Below are positions 1 through 13,950 of a stretch of DNA of 64,000 nt, in pieces. The first letter of the stretch is position 1; each line of letters opens with the position of its first letter. The stretch spans positions 190,588,001-190,652,000 of the forward strand of contig JBITNC010000001.1 of the NCBI GenBank assembly GCA_050084985.1, written 5' to 3'. Position numbers and translations under genes: made by a program. The stretch is from Nageia nagi (Eukaryota; Plantae; Pinophyta). The notes below the pieces were generated by a model. The model saw only the letters and a list, made by a program, of their open reading frames with translations, was not told where the DNA came from and searched no databases.

Positions 1-630
1 AATATCACCTAGAACATATCCAATATAAATTTGAATATAAAACATATCTATCCTTCTTATCTAATTTGAATTAATAGAGCTAGATTTTAGTTTGATGAGA
101 CTTGTGGTAATCTCTCTCAAAAGTTTGGATGTAAACTCTTTTTTGCAAATGGTGTATCAATGCATAGAAATAGGTGTGCTATTTTTATACATTATATTCA
201 CTCAATAGTTTTATCCAAACTCAAATTCTATCTTCCACTAAATTTACAATAAAACTTAATCTAACAATAATAGTGAAAGGATAAAGGTAATGATAGAAAT
301 AGAGTGATAATATATAGACTTGATAAGTAGTGATAAGAATCATCAGTCAATATAGTATGCAATGTGGTCTATCAAGATCTAAATCATTATAGTCATCTTA
401 AGCATTCATCCTTTTATAGATAAGATTCCTTCTTATATAACTGATATTACTTAGTGCTCCTTGAACCTTGCACCACAAAAGAAGAAATTATATGAGATAA
501 TAAATATTTGTTGAGTAAAATATCTAAATGATATATTAAATATATCAATAAAGAAAATAAATCAATTATTTCACTTAGATACCTAAAATATAATTTTTAA
601 ATAAATAAAAATAAAACTTATGTGTCTACA
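1..630 (-). repeat. 3' LTR (partial) of the Tat-like element
   Basis: Reverse complement begins tgtagacacataagttttatttt after the PPT. It shares tattttaggtat..aagt and aag(g)ttcaaggag..ctaa with the LTR starting at 47215. Confidence 0.7.
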
Positions 631-2199
631 AATGCTCTCCTTTAGGTATGTGGTGGTGGAACCAACCACATAACCCAAAGGAAAAAATAAAATTAAAATA
701 ATATTCCCCTAAAATATCATCCTGGTGGTATGTTAGAGTTCTACATTTTTGTAATAGCCTATCCTATCCCCTTTTTGACTTGGTTTTTATAATGAAGATA
801 TCATCGAATGGAAAGAGCTAAGGTAAATAATAATGAATCTTCTACTAAGGAGGATTAATGGTAATACATCCTACTCTGCATGATTGAATAGTATTTCCTT
901 CAATAGTCATAAAATAAATAACTATATGGAAATATAACATCTCAATATATATATCATTGTTACTCATAAAAATAAAATCATCATAATATAACTCATCATA
1001 TAACATAGATTTTAAAATGTATTTCCTCTCTTATTTCATCTTTTAAATAATTCAATCATACTAGAACTATTGAATGAAAGGAAACATGATAAAAGCTAGA
1101 AAATAGATAAACAAATACATATAATATTTTTAGCGTATGATGAAATTAAGATGATATACCCAATAGGGAGGGAGGGGAAAGGCATATTACATGAATCAAA
1201 TGAGTGAAAGATAGTGTGCGTGAAGGAGTGCATGTGAAGGAAATACATGCAAGGTCTCTATAAAATGTCACAAATAATGATATTAAAAATCATAGATGTA
1301 GGCAACAAATGGAGGGATGAGATTTAGAAGCCAATGTGGCAAGTTGGACAACATAATTTAGGGAGCAGCACTTGTAAACAATTATCATGTAGTTTGCATA
1401 TGGGCAGGATGATAGGCTAGAAGCATCTTGAGATGGCCTCTAGATAATAATTTAGGCAAGATCAGGTGATCTAGAGAATTCTATGAAATGGAGGAATAGA
1501 TGGGTTCATAGAAACTTTGAACAGTCATAATCCTAGCTAATCTAGGTAGCTATCAAAGACTTGGAATGAAGGAATGGTGGTGGTGGATGGAATTCATTTC
1601 ATAATCAATGTAGAATTTATTAAGATGGATATGGGTATGCCTAATACTAATTCCAAGTAAATTAACAACACTAATTCCAAGGATAAAATTTTGGAAAATA
1701 TATGGTAAGCATAAGCATTTTGAGGAATGGGGTAGAACTATGAGAAGAGGAAAGGAATGGAGGGACTTTAAGATGGTCAAAAGGGTGATGAAGGCCTCCC
1801 AATAACCATGGTACAACAACCAGATATTTGGAGATCACATAGGATAGTCACTTTGGACTCCACATAGAATAAATTTCATATGGAAATTGAGTTATTCTAG
1901 GAATGTTTCAATAAAAAATATTTCAATTTCATGTTAGACTGGAGCTCTATGGTTCAGGCCCAACAAGCAGAAAAGAAGGATAGTTTCCTATAGTATGTTT
2001 TGTAGTAACTATGATGACTCTTAGAAGAAAGTTTTTGAAACATATGTAATATCATATAATATCTATAAACATTTGTATATACAGGTTTTGGGGCCCTATA
2101 TTTTTGAAAACCCATTGTAAATGTTTTTACCCTTATCGAAAAAAATTAACATGATATGAGTTTGTATGGATCTTAACAAAGATATCATCACATAGAATA

Positions 2200-3200
2200 T
2201 ATTTCATAAATCAATACTAATCATTAAATATAGAAAATAAAATATCTCCCTTCAAGGATCAATAAGTAAAAAATAGATCATCATGAAGAAAAAATATCTC
2301 CTCTCTAAGATTGCAAAGGATATTTTACTATCATATCAAAGGGTGGAAGGTACAAAATCTTACCCATAAAGAATTGAAAAGAAAAATATCTACTCTTGAA
2401 TATTGACAAGGCTATCTTCCAAACATCTCAACATATATTTAATATTAGGTATAATATGTATCATAATATTAAAATCAAAATAATTAAGATTTTTCTTATG
2501 TCCTTGGGCAACAGGGTTTCTTATGTCCTAAAAGAAAAAAGGGTTACTTTTTACCCTTGAAGTAATAAAGACTTTTTTTACCTTTGAATAATGATAATTT
2601 ATTTTCAGCCCCCTAGCAATCAAAACTTGTATGCAACTTGAGATATTCTCATGAATAAAATGTTAAAATAGGCTACTTAATTTCCTAAGTACCAAAAGGA
2701 ATTTCTTTACAAATCAACATATTTCCATAAAAAAAATATTGGAACTAGATACTTTTTTCCCCAAGTACTAAATAGGATATCTTTATAAAACTCAACATAC
2801 TTCCATAAACTAAGTACTTAATGCCTCAAATACCAAAAGGGTACCTCCAAATGGGATATTGATGTAAAACTCAAGAATAATCATGCCAATAAGAATATTC
2901 TTATTAGGAAGAATCATCAAAATATAAAACGTCATCAAGAAAATATCTTAGCATAATAAAGAATCATCAAATCTTAAAGAAGCATCATTAATAGAGTTAA
3001 CTTATTTAAGAATCATCATATCATCAAAGAACCAACAAGAATAGCATTAGCATATTCAAGAATTATCAATTCATCATCAAGAATAGTATTAGTATATTCA
3101 AGATTAATAATATCTTAAAGAAACATTATGAATAATGTTCACATAATCAAGAATCACCATATCTCAATATCATTAAAATATCTCATAACATCAATGAAGG
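2200..3200. repeat. Degenerate tandem arrays inside the retroelement 3' region
   Basis: Recurring aaaatatctc/tac units at 2240-2420 and many aagaatcatca-type units at 2900-3200. Confidence 0.5.
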
Positions 3201-5249
3201 AAGATAATAATTAAACCTACTTTTACCTTCATTTACCTAAAAAAAATTAAAAAATTAATAGTAATAAAAAATTAAATCAAGTCATATCTAACTAAGCCAC
3301 AAATATGTTAGCCAATTACTATTTTTTATTGTGCAACATCACACAACATTATAAAAAAAATATTAACTTTAAATACCATACTAACTAGCTAAAATTATTT
3401 TAACTTTGAACTAAATAATGTAATTTCTCGTTAACTCCATGTGTTGGCATATGGAGTTTTCCACAAAAAAAAACTATTTGAAAAGTTTCCCTTAACCTTG
3501 GGCAATTCTTATTCATCTCAAAAATTGACTTTTTACCTTACTAGAAAATATAATACTTCTAACTACATTATGAATTGATTTCTAATTAAACCCAAATCAT
3601 ACCAACTTGAACTAAACTACTATTTCAAATTAAACCATTTGAGACTAAATCTCTCATACTCAACTAAAAAATTGAAAAAATGGCCATGATGTCAACTTCA
3701 ATTTTTCTTATATAGGGGTTAACATCATCCTAAAGTGAAAAATTGATACCTTCATATCTAGATCTAACTTAGAAATATGATTTATTTATATATGTAAATT
3801 AACAATAATAGTTCCTTTTTTATCCTTATCGAACATCTAAAATTACCCTAATTTATTGAGGCAAAAGACTAGAATAATGTAGAGACTCACCTGCTAGTCT
3901 TCATATATTCAATTTATGCTTAGTAAAAAATAATATCAATAGATAAATGGAGGATATATTGCCTCATAGAATTTAAAAATAGAATCAACATTATTGAAAA
4001 TAAGAGTAATAGATTGAACTTTATCCTTTAAGTAATTTAATTCCTCATTGATTTATTCCATGCCAACCATTACAAATTGATTTATAATGGACCCTTTATC
4101 ATCTTGTTCTTATGACCCATATCATATTCCTTCTTTTTTCTTGATATTTCATGTATATTTTGTAAACAAATACTTACCCTTCTCATATTTTCTTAATCCA
4201 CCTACTTTTTAATCACATATGTTCACAAAATGCTTTGGAATAAATTGTGATATTATCTTCATACTCTTCATCTAATTTTATACTTTGTGTTTATATTTTT
4301 TATTATCATGTGGATATGAAGTTATTTCTACTTTTTTTTTTAAATTCTTTTTATGCTCACTATCTTCACATGCCCTAGTGCCTTGGTGCATGAGATCTTC
4401 TAAAAACTATAGGCTTCCAAGGATTCTAAATGATCCCAATATGTTAATATCTTCAAATTTGTATGTCCATAGACTTATTTCAATCACTACATATTTTTCT
4501 TTCTCTTTTTGTAATTTTGATTCATATTACCTCTTCACATCTTATTTCTTGGAATTAGCTTATCTTCATCTTTCATCACACTAACTTTCCTCCATGTATC
4601 AAGCATTGCTAAAAACATACTTGTTGAAATACTATTATTCAATTTTTTATTCTTGAAAGCATCCAAGAAATATTCTCTATGTAAATAAAATATCTCAATC
4701 AATCTATATAAACTTATCTTAGATGAAGTCAATGGATCTATCATCTTGTCATATTCTAAATGTGATACTTTGGAGGTATGTATTTTATTTCATTAGTATT
4801 TATCAAATTGATTTCATATTCTTTTTTACTTTCTTGATACACCGACTAAATTTATCTTTCATATGATGTTTTATTTTACCACTATCAATTAGATTGAGAA
4901 TATTTTTCCTTAATGCCACACATCCATTAGTCCTATGTCCCTTTACTTAATGATATATGGAATAAATATTTACATCATACCAAATAGGTTTAGGATCATT
5001 ATCTTTCAACTTTTTTTTTTATGGATGAGGTTGAATCAAGCCTCTTGCCAAGTAATCTTCATACATGTATTTTGGTTGAGTAAGAAGTCCAAATTTTGAT
5101 TTCTTATTATTTTGTATAAGAGGAATATGAATATCTATTGAATATACTTTTCTTTTATATTCCTTGGATATGAATTATTTTTATATTTTAATACATTTGT
5201 ATATTTCATTGTGCCAATATTAATCATCAATATTTCTTTATCTAATAAC

Positions 5250-5960
5250 CTATAAGTCATATTAAAATCTATAAAATTCATTACTTGTTGTTTCAAGAGG
5301 TAAAATATTATACATAAACATTAATATAGCATGTTTTTCTTCATATCCTCCTTCCATATTACTTCATATTTTCTAAAATCTTGTTATAATTTTTGTAATA
5401 TTTTATTAGGTCCATGATTTATGCTCATCAAATTCAAAATTGTAATTGGTCTTGGAATATTATACTTAAATTACTTTTGGAAAAATGTAACCAATTGCTT
5501 GTAAGATGTAATGGATCCACAAGTAATAAATAAATAAAATTTTCACATAACACCTTTCAGGCTTATGGGAAAATGTTTTGCCATCAAATTATGATTCAAT
5601 CTGAACTTTAGCTAAAATATCATCTCAACGAATCTCATATGTTGACTTGGATCTCCATTTACATTATATATCTTTAATATAAATTTCATATAATGCATAA
5701 GTTCCATAATATCACATAATTTATCTAAAAATGGGCATATATATTCAATCACATTAGGATCATTATTTGCAGCAAACTTGGCTTCCATGTCTTGAACCTT
5801 CCTTTCCAAACCACCCAATGGAGAGGATGTTGTCCCACTTCCATTATTTTTTTCTACATGATTTTACTTTTATGAGGATATATCTAACATTACCTTCACC
5901 CATTATCACAAAGCCTTTTAAATATACTCCATTTTTGAAATACTTGAAATCATATATTAG
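5250..5960 (-). pseudogene. Retrotransposon gag remnant
   Basis: Translates as IYNVNGDPSQHMRFVEMIF*LKFRLNHNLMAKHFPISLKG...GSITSYKQLVTFFQK*FKYNIPRPITILNLMSINHGPNK, a Retrotrans_gag-type pattern with in-frame stops. Confidence 0.75.
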
Positions 5961-6555
5961 TCTTATAAAAAATCCTAGGGTTTTGGTACAACTAGTTGAA
6001 ATATGAAAGATTAAATTATTTTATAAAATTCACCAAAATATGCAATTTTAGACCTTATATAATCATAAATATATCCCAATTATATTTATCTATGGTTTAG
6101 AAAAAAAATGCAATATCTCTCTAAATTCAAAAAAATGATTTAACTTTATTCCTTTTTCAATTGGGGTATTAACTGTCACTTATGATTCTCCTTTACTGAT
6201 TGGGTTCTAAATTACCCATCACCATGTTCACCCTTGTGTGGGGAACTCTTATGACATGGCTATTTTATTATATTATATTAATTTCATCTTTTCTCCTACT
6301 AATGATATACCTCTATAATATGAATGTATATGTTATTTTTTATAGATGTTATTTTTTTATCTATTTTGAAGGTTCTTTGCCTTGATTTGTTTCTCTCTAC
6401 ATTGAAGCTTATCATTCCAAAAACCAAGGAAAAGAGGGGGTAGATAATATCATTACAAAATAGGAACCAAAATCTTCACCAACATTTGGAGATTATTATA
6501 TCCTTTCTATTCTTTTTTCTGCTGCATAGTTACATATGAATTTCATTAAACATGC

Positions 6556-7156
6556 AAAGGGAGGCAATTGTGGACACCTAATTTTGATACCTTTATGTCA
6601 AACTATGTGTATTTTATTATAATTGATGATATATGTTATTTTAATAATTTCTTATAATATATTACTATATTAAAAAACTTAAATATTATCTCATATTATT
6701 TTTTATCTCTTATTATGCAAGGTCCTAGCATCAATAGTAGATTCTTTGCATGCATTTTAAAGGTTTACTTTCCTATAAAAAGAGAAAACATTATTGGATA
6801 TTTCTCTTATAGTAACATGTACACATATTATATGTTATTTAATATCACCTATTGATATTGATATCTTTTCTATCACACAAGCATGTATCATTCATCTTTC
6901 ATTATTATATGCTAAGCTAGGCTTATCAATATCATATATTTGCATAAATATCTTTTATTAGGCTTAATCCACAAGTTGAATAGAATTGATGATGATTCTT
7001 AAGATCAAAAAACCATATTAGGTTATTTTTCCATATTATTTAGAAACTTTACACATAATACTTTGTTACTAACATAAGCTTATACTGAAGCATATAATCA
7101 ATCATATAGGTAAGGTGATAATTATATTCTCTTTTATCTCTCTATAGATGATAAAA
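6556..7156 (+). mobile_element. PPT plus LTR fragment, interrupted by the LTR at 7157
   Basis: aaagggaggcaat is followed by TGTGGACACCTAATTTT at 6569, resembling the other LTR starts in the window. Confidence 0.5.
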
Positions 7157-7940
7157 TGTAGCCCTAAATTGGAGTAAATAATAAATAAATTATATCTAAT
7201 TTTGTTAATAAGAAAAGTTACCTAAATACCTATAATCACTCAATAACAAGAATGGAAATAAAGAACTAAAGTAATGATGATGAACAAGATAGCAATAATA
7301 GGACTAACTTGAATAGCTTGACAAACCTATGAGAGAGGAATTATAAATACATGTGCCCTTACTTGGGTGATGGTTGAGTAATTATTTAAAATTTGTTTCA
7401 ATATAAATGGATAATCAAGAATGTGGATGCAAGCTTTTAAAGTATATATTGCTATAGCATTGGTACTAAGGAGAAATATGAGCTAGCACTAACCTTGGGA
7501 ATCTTATGGTATATGAATGAAATAATTTTGAATCAAATGATCAATGAACCAAGTCTTAATGTGTATCATAAAGGAGTAGCAGATCACTCTTGAGTATTAA
7601 AAATTCCAATCTCAATAAGTGGTATTGAGAAATACTAATATGAGTTTATGAGAGATATGCACAGTCCTATCAAAATGAAATCTTGATAGTCTTCTCATGC
7701 CTATAATTATTAATTTATAGGCTTAAAAATATAATTGAATGTACCTTCACATGATAGCATTGATGTTGGTGGTTTGACCTACTAAATAAGAGAATTATCC
7801 ATGAGAAGTAACTTAGGTATATCATAAGAAAGAATGGAAGTATAACATAATGACACATTATCCTAATGAAGCAAGGTTTATGTGAAATATAGTTTGGCCC
7901 AAAAAGGGTGCCAAATTATTATAAGCACTTTCCCCCCTTT
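7157..7940 (-). mobile_element. 3' LTR (7157-7927) with adjacent PPT
   Basis: On the minus strand, PPT aaaggggggaaag (7928-7940) is followed by TG. The LTR ends in aatttagggctaCA at 7157, the same terminal motif as the LTRs ending at 48384 and 56666. Confidence 0.6.
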
Positions 7941-8494
7941 GCAAGTTTTAATGAAGTACATTGAATTTAATACTTACAAAGTAAAGAAGAGAAAAAAAAT
8001 TTCCTAGTTTTTGTCCTGGATCTTCATAGAATCAACAATTTTTTGGAGATATATTCTACCCCCTCTTTGCATTGGTTTTTGATGGAGTAGCCAAAAACAA
8101 GCAATTGCAATGATCCTATAGAAAAATATAAATACCCTCAAAAGATAATAAAAGCATTATGTATTTCATGTTGTAAAAATAAGCATTTAAGAGCAAAGAT
8201 TAAACAAATACCTAGGATCTTTCCAAGGAAATTCATAGCAGTGATTTATTGTAAAATGATAAATTTTAAGGATTTTTCATTTTTTTATTTTGCTATTTTT
8301 TTGCTCATTGACACAAGCCTAGGTAGCCCAATTTTTTCGAGTTTATTTTTTACTGGGTAGTTAGCCAAAATGTTATAACTTTGAAGTATTTATTATATAA
8401 ATTAGCTAATTACACCCCCAATATTTTTGTACCTTATCTCCTAGATTTTATAAATAATTTCATTTTTCTTGAGTGAAACACCTATTGTAACCAA

Positions 8495-8496
<2 letters not shown>

Positions 8497-8573
<77 letters not shown>
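8497..8573. repeat. (AT)n microsatellite, interrupted
   Basis: Directly visible run of about 77 bp. Confidence 0.98.
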
Positions 8574-8574
<1 letters not shown>

Positions 8575-8919
8575 TGAATTAGAATCATCTCAAAGTATAA
8601 TAGAAGCGCTATTTGTATTTGCTAGATAAATAAATCTTGGAGATAAAGGAGAAGCATCTTGTAAGAGGGCATAAGAATCTTCTATCGAGATGAGTATCTT
8701 ATAGAATTATAATGAGATAAAATATAGACTCTAAATAATGAATTAATTAAATTATAAATTTGTAGTAAATATATTTATGGTAATTTTGATCAAATATGAT
8801 CTGTAAATGATGCAAAAAATTTACCATTAGATAGATCTTGTTGAGTACATGCAAATGTGATCCCCTTTGGATCAAAATCAATCTCTCCAAGATGCACATA
8901 TTGTTACCTATGAATATGA

Positions 8920-9080
8920 TTGTCTTGTTACATAAGAAGATACACATCTTGTTACATAAGAAGATGTATATCTTGTTACATAAGAAGACATGTATCTTAT
9001 TATGTAAGAATATGTGTAAGAAAACACATATTTTATTAATTAAGAAGACACATATCTTATTATGTAAGAAGACACATATC
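8920..9080. repeat. ~24-bp minisatellite
   Basis: About 6 copies of atcttgttacataagaagacacat. This explains the repetitive ORF 8838-9083. Confidence 0.85.
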
Positions 9081-9104
9081 TAAAAGCTTGATTTTGATAA
9101 AAAG

Positions 9105-10473
9105 TGTAATGTTCCCATTGTAATGGCATTTTTCCCATTTCGCTTAAGATAAATGGTAACATTAGCTCAATGTGATTTTATCTATTTTAGTAGGTTTTGG
9201 CCATTTTTTATAAGTTTCACTTAGAGATTTAGTTAAATGCTCTAATTATGGAATAATAGGTCTTTTTATTAATTTATTTTGTATAGTTGAAAGCCTAAAT
9301 TATGCCAATAATATGTATTAATGATACCAAGGAAATTATATTTGCAAATACAATATTAGTCTCTTTTAATGAGGTGTTGCATATTTCTAGCTTTGATGAA
9401 TGTAAATTGGTATTAAATGGTCCTCTTATCATTAATGCTTCCCTCTTCAATGTAAAGAATACACCTATGTGATTACACTAACTTTGAGGCATCACAAGGA
9501 TAGCCAAGCTTGTACATGGCACATGTAGAGAGAAATTTGATATCATAAAATATTTATGAGCTCTCCTCCTTATATGTTAGACCTATGAGGATCTTAAGAT
9601 CCCATGTTGGGCATTTGTGCACTCTATGATCCCACTTCACATCCCAATACATGTTTGGATGCATGGCATTGACTCCAAGGCACATTAGAATCCCCATCAA
9701 CCCAACACTTCATTTCTATATCCTTGTGATCTCATGTATCCCAACTCTCTCCATATTAAACATTATCAACAAGAGAACATAGATCAAATTTGTCCATTGT
9801 TAGATCATATCAATGCAATATTAGAATATGGACTATCTTGGCTATACAAGGAGAACTCCTAGACATTATGGGATATGTTGAACTAATGACTAAACCCCCT
9901 TTTTATCGGATTGAGTGTTAGAACTCTTTCTTCACCATTTTTAAAGGAATTTGCATTTGAGGTCACATGGTGATTGAAGGCTAGCCTTGATCCTACTCTA
10001 ACCATTCAAGGAGGAACATTAGTGGTTCCATTATATATGAGTAGGGAATCCCTAGTATTAACCTTATTGTTGATTTGATTTTTGAGGTCTAGGAGCCATC
10101 CAAAATAATCCTACTAGAGGCAACCTTGGTGTAAGTTCCATAGGCACCAAAAATATATTTTGTAATTGCAATACTCTCATTGTGATACCAATATAATTAC
10201 ATTATTTTAATTATTTTGTTGTAATTATTCTCTTGTATTTGTATGTTGGATTTGGAAGTGTATTTTCATAGCTAAATTATTATTTTTACTTCCTTGTTGC
10301 AATATTAGATTTTTGGCATTATTTTGCATGTTCAAATACATATTTTAAAAAACTAGCTAGACATTGGGATATTTGGTGCATTTTGAGTTGATTTCGCTAG
10401 ATCTTGAGTTCGAAGGTAACTTCCCTCTCCTAGGGCATGTTTGATTATGATCCACTAGTTTGAAATCATCAAA
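9105..10473 (+). repeat. 5' LTR
   Basis: Collinear direct repeat of 13951-15319, followed by the PBS. Confidence 0.92.
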
Positions 10474-10474
10474 A

Positions 10475-10487
10475 TGGTATTAGAGCC
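10475..10487 (+). promoter_or_regulatory. Primer binding site, tRNA-iMet type
   Basis: tggtattagagcc versus canonical TGGTATCAGAGCC (one C>T change), immediately after the LTR. Confidence 0.85.
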
Positions 10488-12149
10488 TTGATTCTACCAT
10501 CCAGCTATAATCAAGAGCATCACATACAAAATATTTTTGACTTGAGATAAAGAGAGACTATTATTTTCCTATTGGTAAGAAGGCTAAGGAGAATTCTAAA
10601 GGAGTTGAAGAGAATTTATTACCATTTTGATTAGTACAAAGATATCATATATCATAGTGGTATAAGATCATAGTGTTAACACTTGCTGAGAAGATATTAC
10701 CCTTTTCAATCAAGTGAGAAAGGAGGATTTTCTAAAGAGATCTTATCATCCTATTAGAAGATCTAGAGCTAGTATCATAGTGGAATTAACATGATCTCAT
10801 AGTAGTAGTTTTAAAAATTTATTAAGATCTAAAGAATTATATCCTTGGAATATAAATGTTAAGGTTTTGAAGGTGAATTTGTTGGATCTAAATATTACAA
10901 GTGAGACATTGGATGTCTAGAAGATAGGTCTCACCCTTTTGGCAATTTGTTGGACCTATTCTAACTATAGTTTTGAGTTTTTAAGCTTCAAAGAGGTTCA
11001 TCTAACATGGTGAGTAGTTATTTCTACATTTTTTAAATTTTTACATCAAATTTGAGGTATGTTGATTAGATGTAAAGTTTGAAGAGCCAAATGGGGATTT
11101 TTTTACGTCTCAAGAGACCTAAATCTAAGTTCTCTTATCAATTTAAGGCTAACATTGGCATATTAAGGCAATAATTAATGTTCATTCAACATTTTGAAGC
11201 CAGAGTAAGGAGGGTGTTGGCATAATAGGAGTATTTTGGAGGATACATATCCATTTGGAAGCCATTATGAGGTAGACATGGTGTGTTGAGGTGAGTTTTA
11301 AAGCTTATTTAGCATTTTTAGTTCATTTGGAGCTAAATGTTGGTGTCCTGAACAAGTTTTAAAGGTCATCATGCATTCCAAAGCCAAAATAAGGAGGAAG
11401 TTGGCTTGTTGAGGTTGATTCTAAAAAGTGTCTACATAACAGTGATATCTAATTGTAAGTATTATCAATTTTTTCAACATGGAATTGGGATTTTGAGAGT
11501 TTCTATAGGCTTATTAGGTCATTTTGGTCAAAATTACTAAGTTTGGAGTCACTAAGAAGAGGATGTTGGGACATAGAAAAAGTTAATTTCTTGATATTGA
11601 TATATTTTCATAGTATTATCATGGTGATGATTGCATTATGGAGGTCTAAAACTAGATGTTGGATCATTTATGTAGTTATTTCTAGAATTTAATAGCTGAA
11701 AGTGAGACATTGGCAACTAAGGAGACTCAATTTGCTAAGATTTTGTAAAAAATCATCCAATCTATGTGGGATGTCTGAGATATTGGGATAATTACTAAGA
11801 ATTTAGAGTTAATTCTACACTATTCTAGTTTGTATGTGAATGTTGAGCTTCAAGAAAGACACATGTTAATTCAGAATCTATTTTTGGGCCCATAACCCAC
11901 AAGTTTGAGATTTGATCAATTTGTTTCATCATGGAAGGAATTGAAATCTAGATTTGAGTAAATTATAATTATATTATTAATTTAACTAGGATTAATAATA
12001 AGAAAAAGGTAAAAATATTTTTTTTTAGGAGGAAAAGACCAAAAATATTTTATTTAAGTAAATAAAATAGGAGTAATAAGGTTTTATTGATTATGAGATT
12101 ATATTTTGAGATACAAACTAATCATTATCATACTAGAAGGCTACAAAAC

Positions 12150-13930
12150 TAATGCAAGAAATTCAAGCAACTAGGAACTCCATGTTGGATACGAAGAGAT
12201 ACCAAGAACATCCATTTCATGCCCCCTAAAATCCACATACAGTACCAACATATGAATAAGAGACAAGGTAATGAAATGATAGGGTAGAAGTTGGATACTC
12301 TAATTACCCTTTTGACTGACATGTTGATGCAGATGAAAACAACTAACCGAGGGACACCAATAAAAAATGAAGTATCTTCAATATATACTCAATCCCTTCA
12401 TATCATTGAGTCAATCTTTACCCCCAAATGAACTCCAAGAAATGAGCAAGAGGAAGCAAACATGGAAGAAGTACTTCAAGAATACATGGACAAATTGAAC
12501 TCCTTTAGAGAAATTGTACCTTTCCATATGTACTAAGAGACTCATAGATGGAAAAATTGGAAGTCCTAGAAACCTATAGATGATAAGAAACCCAAAATAC
12601 CTTTGCTTATTTTCTATGGGAGTGATAAAATGGTTGCAAGAGTTTGGTTGTAGAAGTTACATACTTATCTCTCTCTTCACCCTATGGATGAAGAGGAAGG
12701 TATAAATATAGCATCAATGTGCCTTGATGGAATAGCTTATGAATGGTAGCACAATGACATCACCACACTAGGCCATGGAAAGGTCAAGATCTTTGAGAAA
12801 TTTAGTAAAAGGGTATTAGATAGGTTTAAGTACAAACATATAGAGGAATAGTTTAAAGAGTTAGCTATGCTCTGACACACAACCACAATTGATACCTACA
12901 TCAAGGAATTCCAAAAATTATAGTATCCATACCTAATGTAGAAGATGAGAGGCTTTCATATCTCTTATGGATATATTATAAGAATCAATTAGGTCATCAG
13001 TAAAAGGCCATATAACCTTCAAATGTATCAATTATTATTCATAAGGCCAAGTTATTGAAAGGATTTAGTTACCCAAGGGGGATAGTAGCCAAACACCCTT
13101 TGATAGGAATTATAATAATAGCAACAAATAAGAGCTTTTGAGAGGAAAACCTTTATCATCAACTCTGAAGCTCACAAATAGGTTAGACTATGTCACACAT
13201 GATGAATTAAGGAAGCAAAACCTCTGCTATACATGTTGAAATCCCTAGGAAAAAGGAAACCAATGTAATGGAAAGGATAAAAACATATACCTTGAGGTAT
13301 GCAAGGTAATTGAGAATTCATATGATGAGATGAACATGTGCCAACATGAAGTAGAGATTAGAGACATTGGAAGTACATTAGCTACCCTAAAGGGACCCTC
13401 TCAATTTGTAACTATCAAGATAGAAGGATTTGTGGAAAATAGAAATGTTATGGTGCTCATTTATGGATGAGCTACCCATAACTTCATCAATAATTTGTAA
13501 GAAATAAAGGATTCAGGACTAAATAATTCTTTTTATTTTAAGTAGTGATTGGGAACAACAATACAACCATAAGATGGTAGAAAATGTTAAAGTGAAATTG
13601 GGTGATTATGTAATCACTAGTGAATTCTACATCCTTTCCCTTGGAGGAATACCACACATAATACTTAGAGTACAATAGCTATATACATTGGGAGAAGTTG
13701 TTTCTAACTAAAAAAATATTGGAAATGAAGTTTAAAATATAAGGAAAGGAAGAAACATTGAATGGCATGAGAGACCATGGACTAGAGGCATATATAGAAT
13801 TCCAAAGGATGGAAGCTACCGATAAGAAAAAGCTAAAGTTTGTTGATTCTTAGATCAACCATGATGAAGAATAAGAGGATCAATAAGATAATACTATAGC
13901 TATGGATATTTTGAATTGCTTGGGGATAGG
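12150..13930 (+). pseudogene. gag - zinc knuckle - aspartic protease remnant
   Basis: gag: KPKIPLLIFYGSDKMVARVWL*KLHTYLSLHPMDEEEGINIASMCLDGIAYEW*. Knuckle: LCYTC*NP*EKGNQC. Protease: TIKIEGFVENRNVMVLIYG*ATHNFI and IILRVQ*LYTLG (the LIDSGATHNFI and ILGxxWL motifs, decayed). Confidence 0.85.
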
Positions 13931-13950
13931 CAATTTGGGAAGGGTGGACT

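Larger units (their letters stand above)
1..6030 (-). mobile_element. Degenerate Ty3/Gypsy (Tat-like) LTR retrotransposon, truncated; 3' LTR runs off the window start
   Basis: On the minus strand a PPT (aaaggagagcatt, ~631-643) abuts an LTR start TGTAGACAC at 630. There is a gag remnant at ~5250-5960 and tandem arrays in the 3' region. The LTR and the pre-gag motif (aatcctagggttttggtacaactag, ~5970) match the element at 47215/56672+. Confidence 0.7.

Noticed and set aside
8838-9083. Repetitive LLHKK ORF
   Set aside because: It is the translation of a 24-bp minisatellite.
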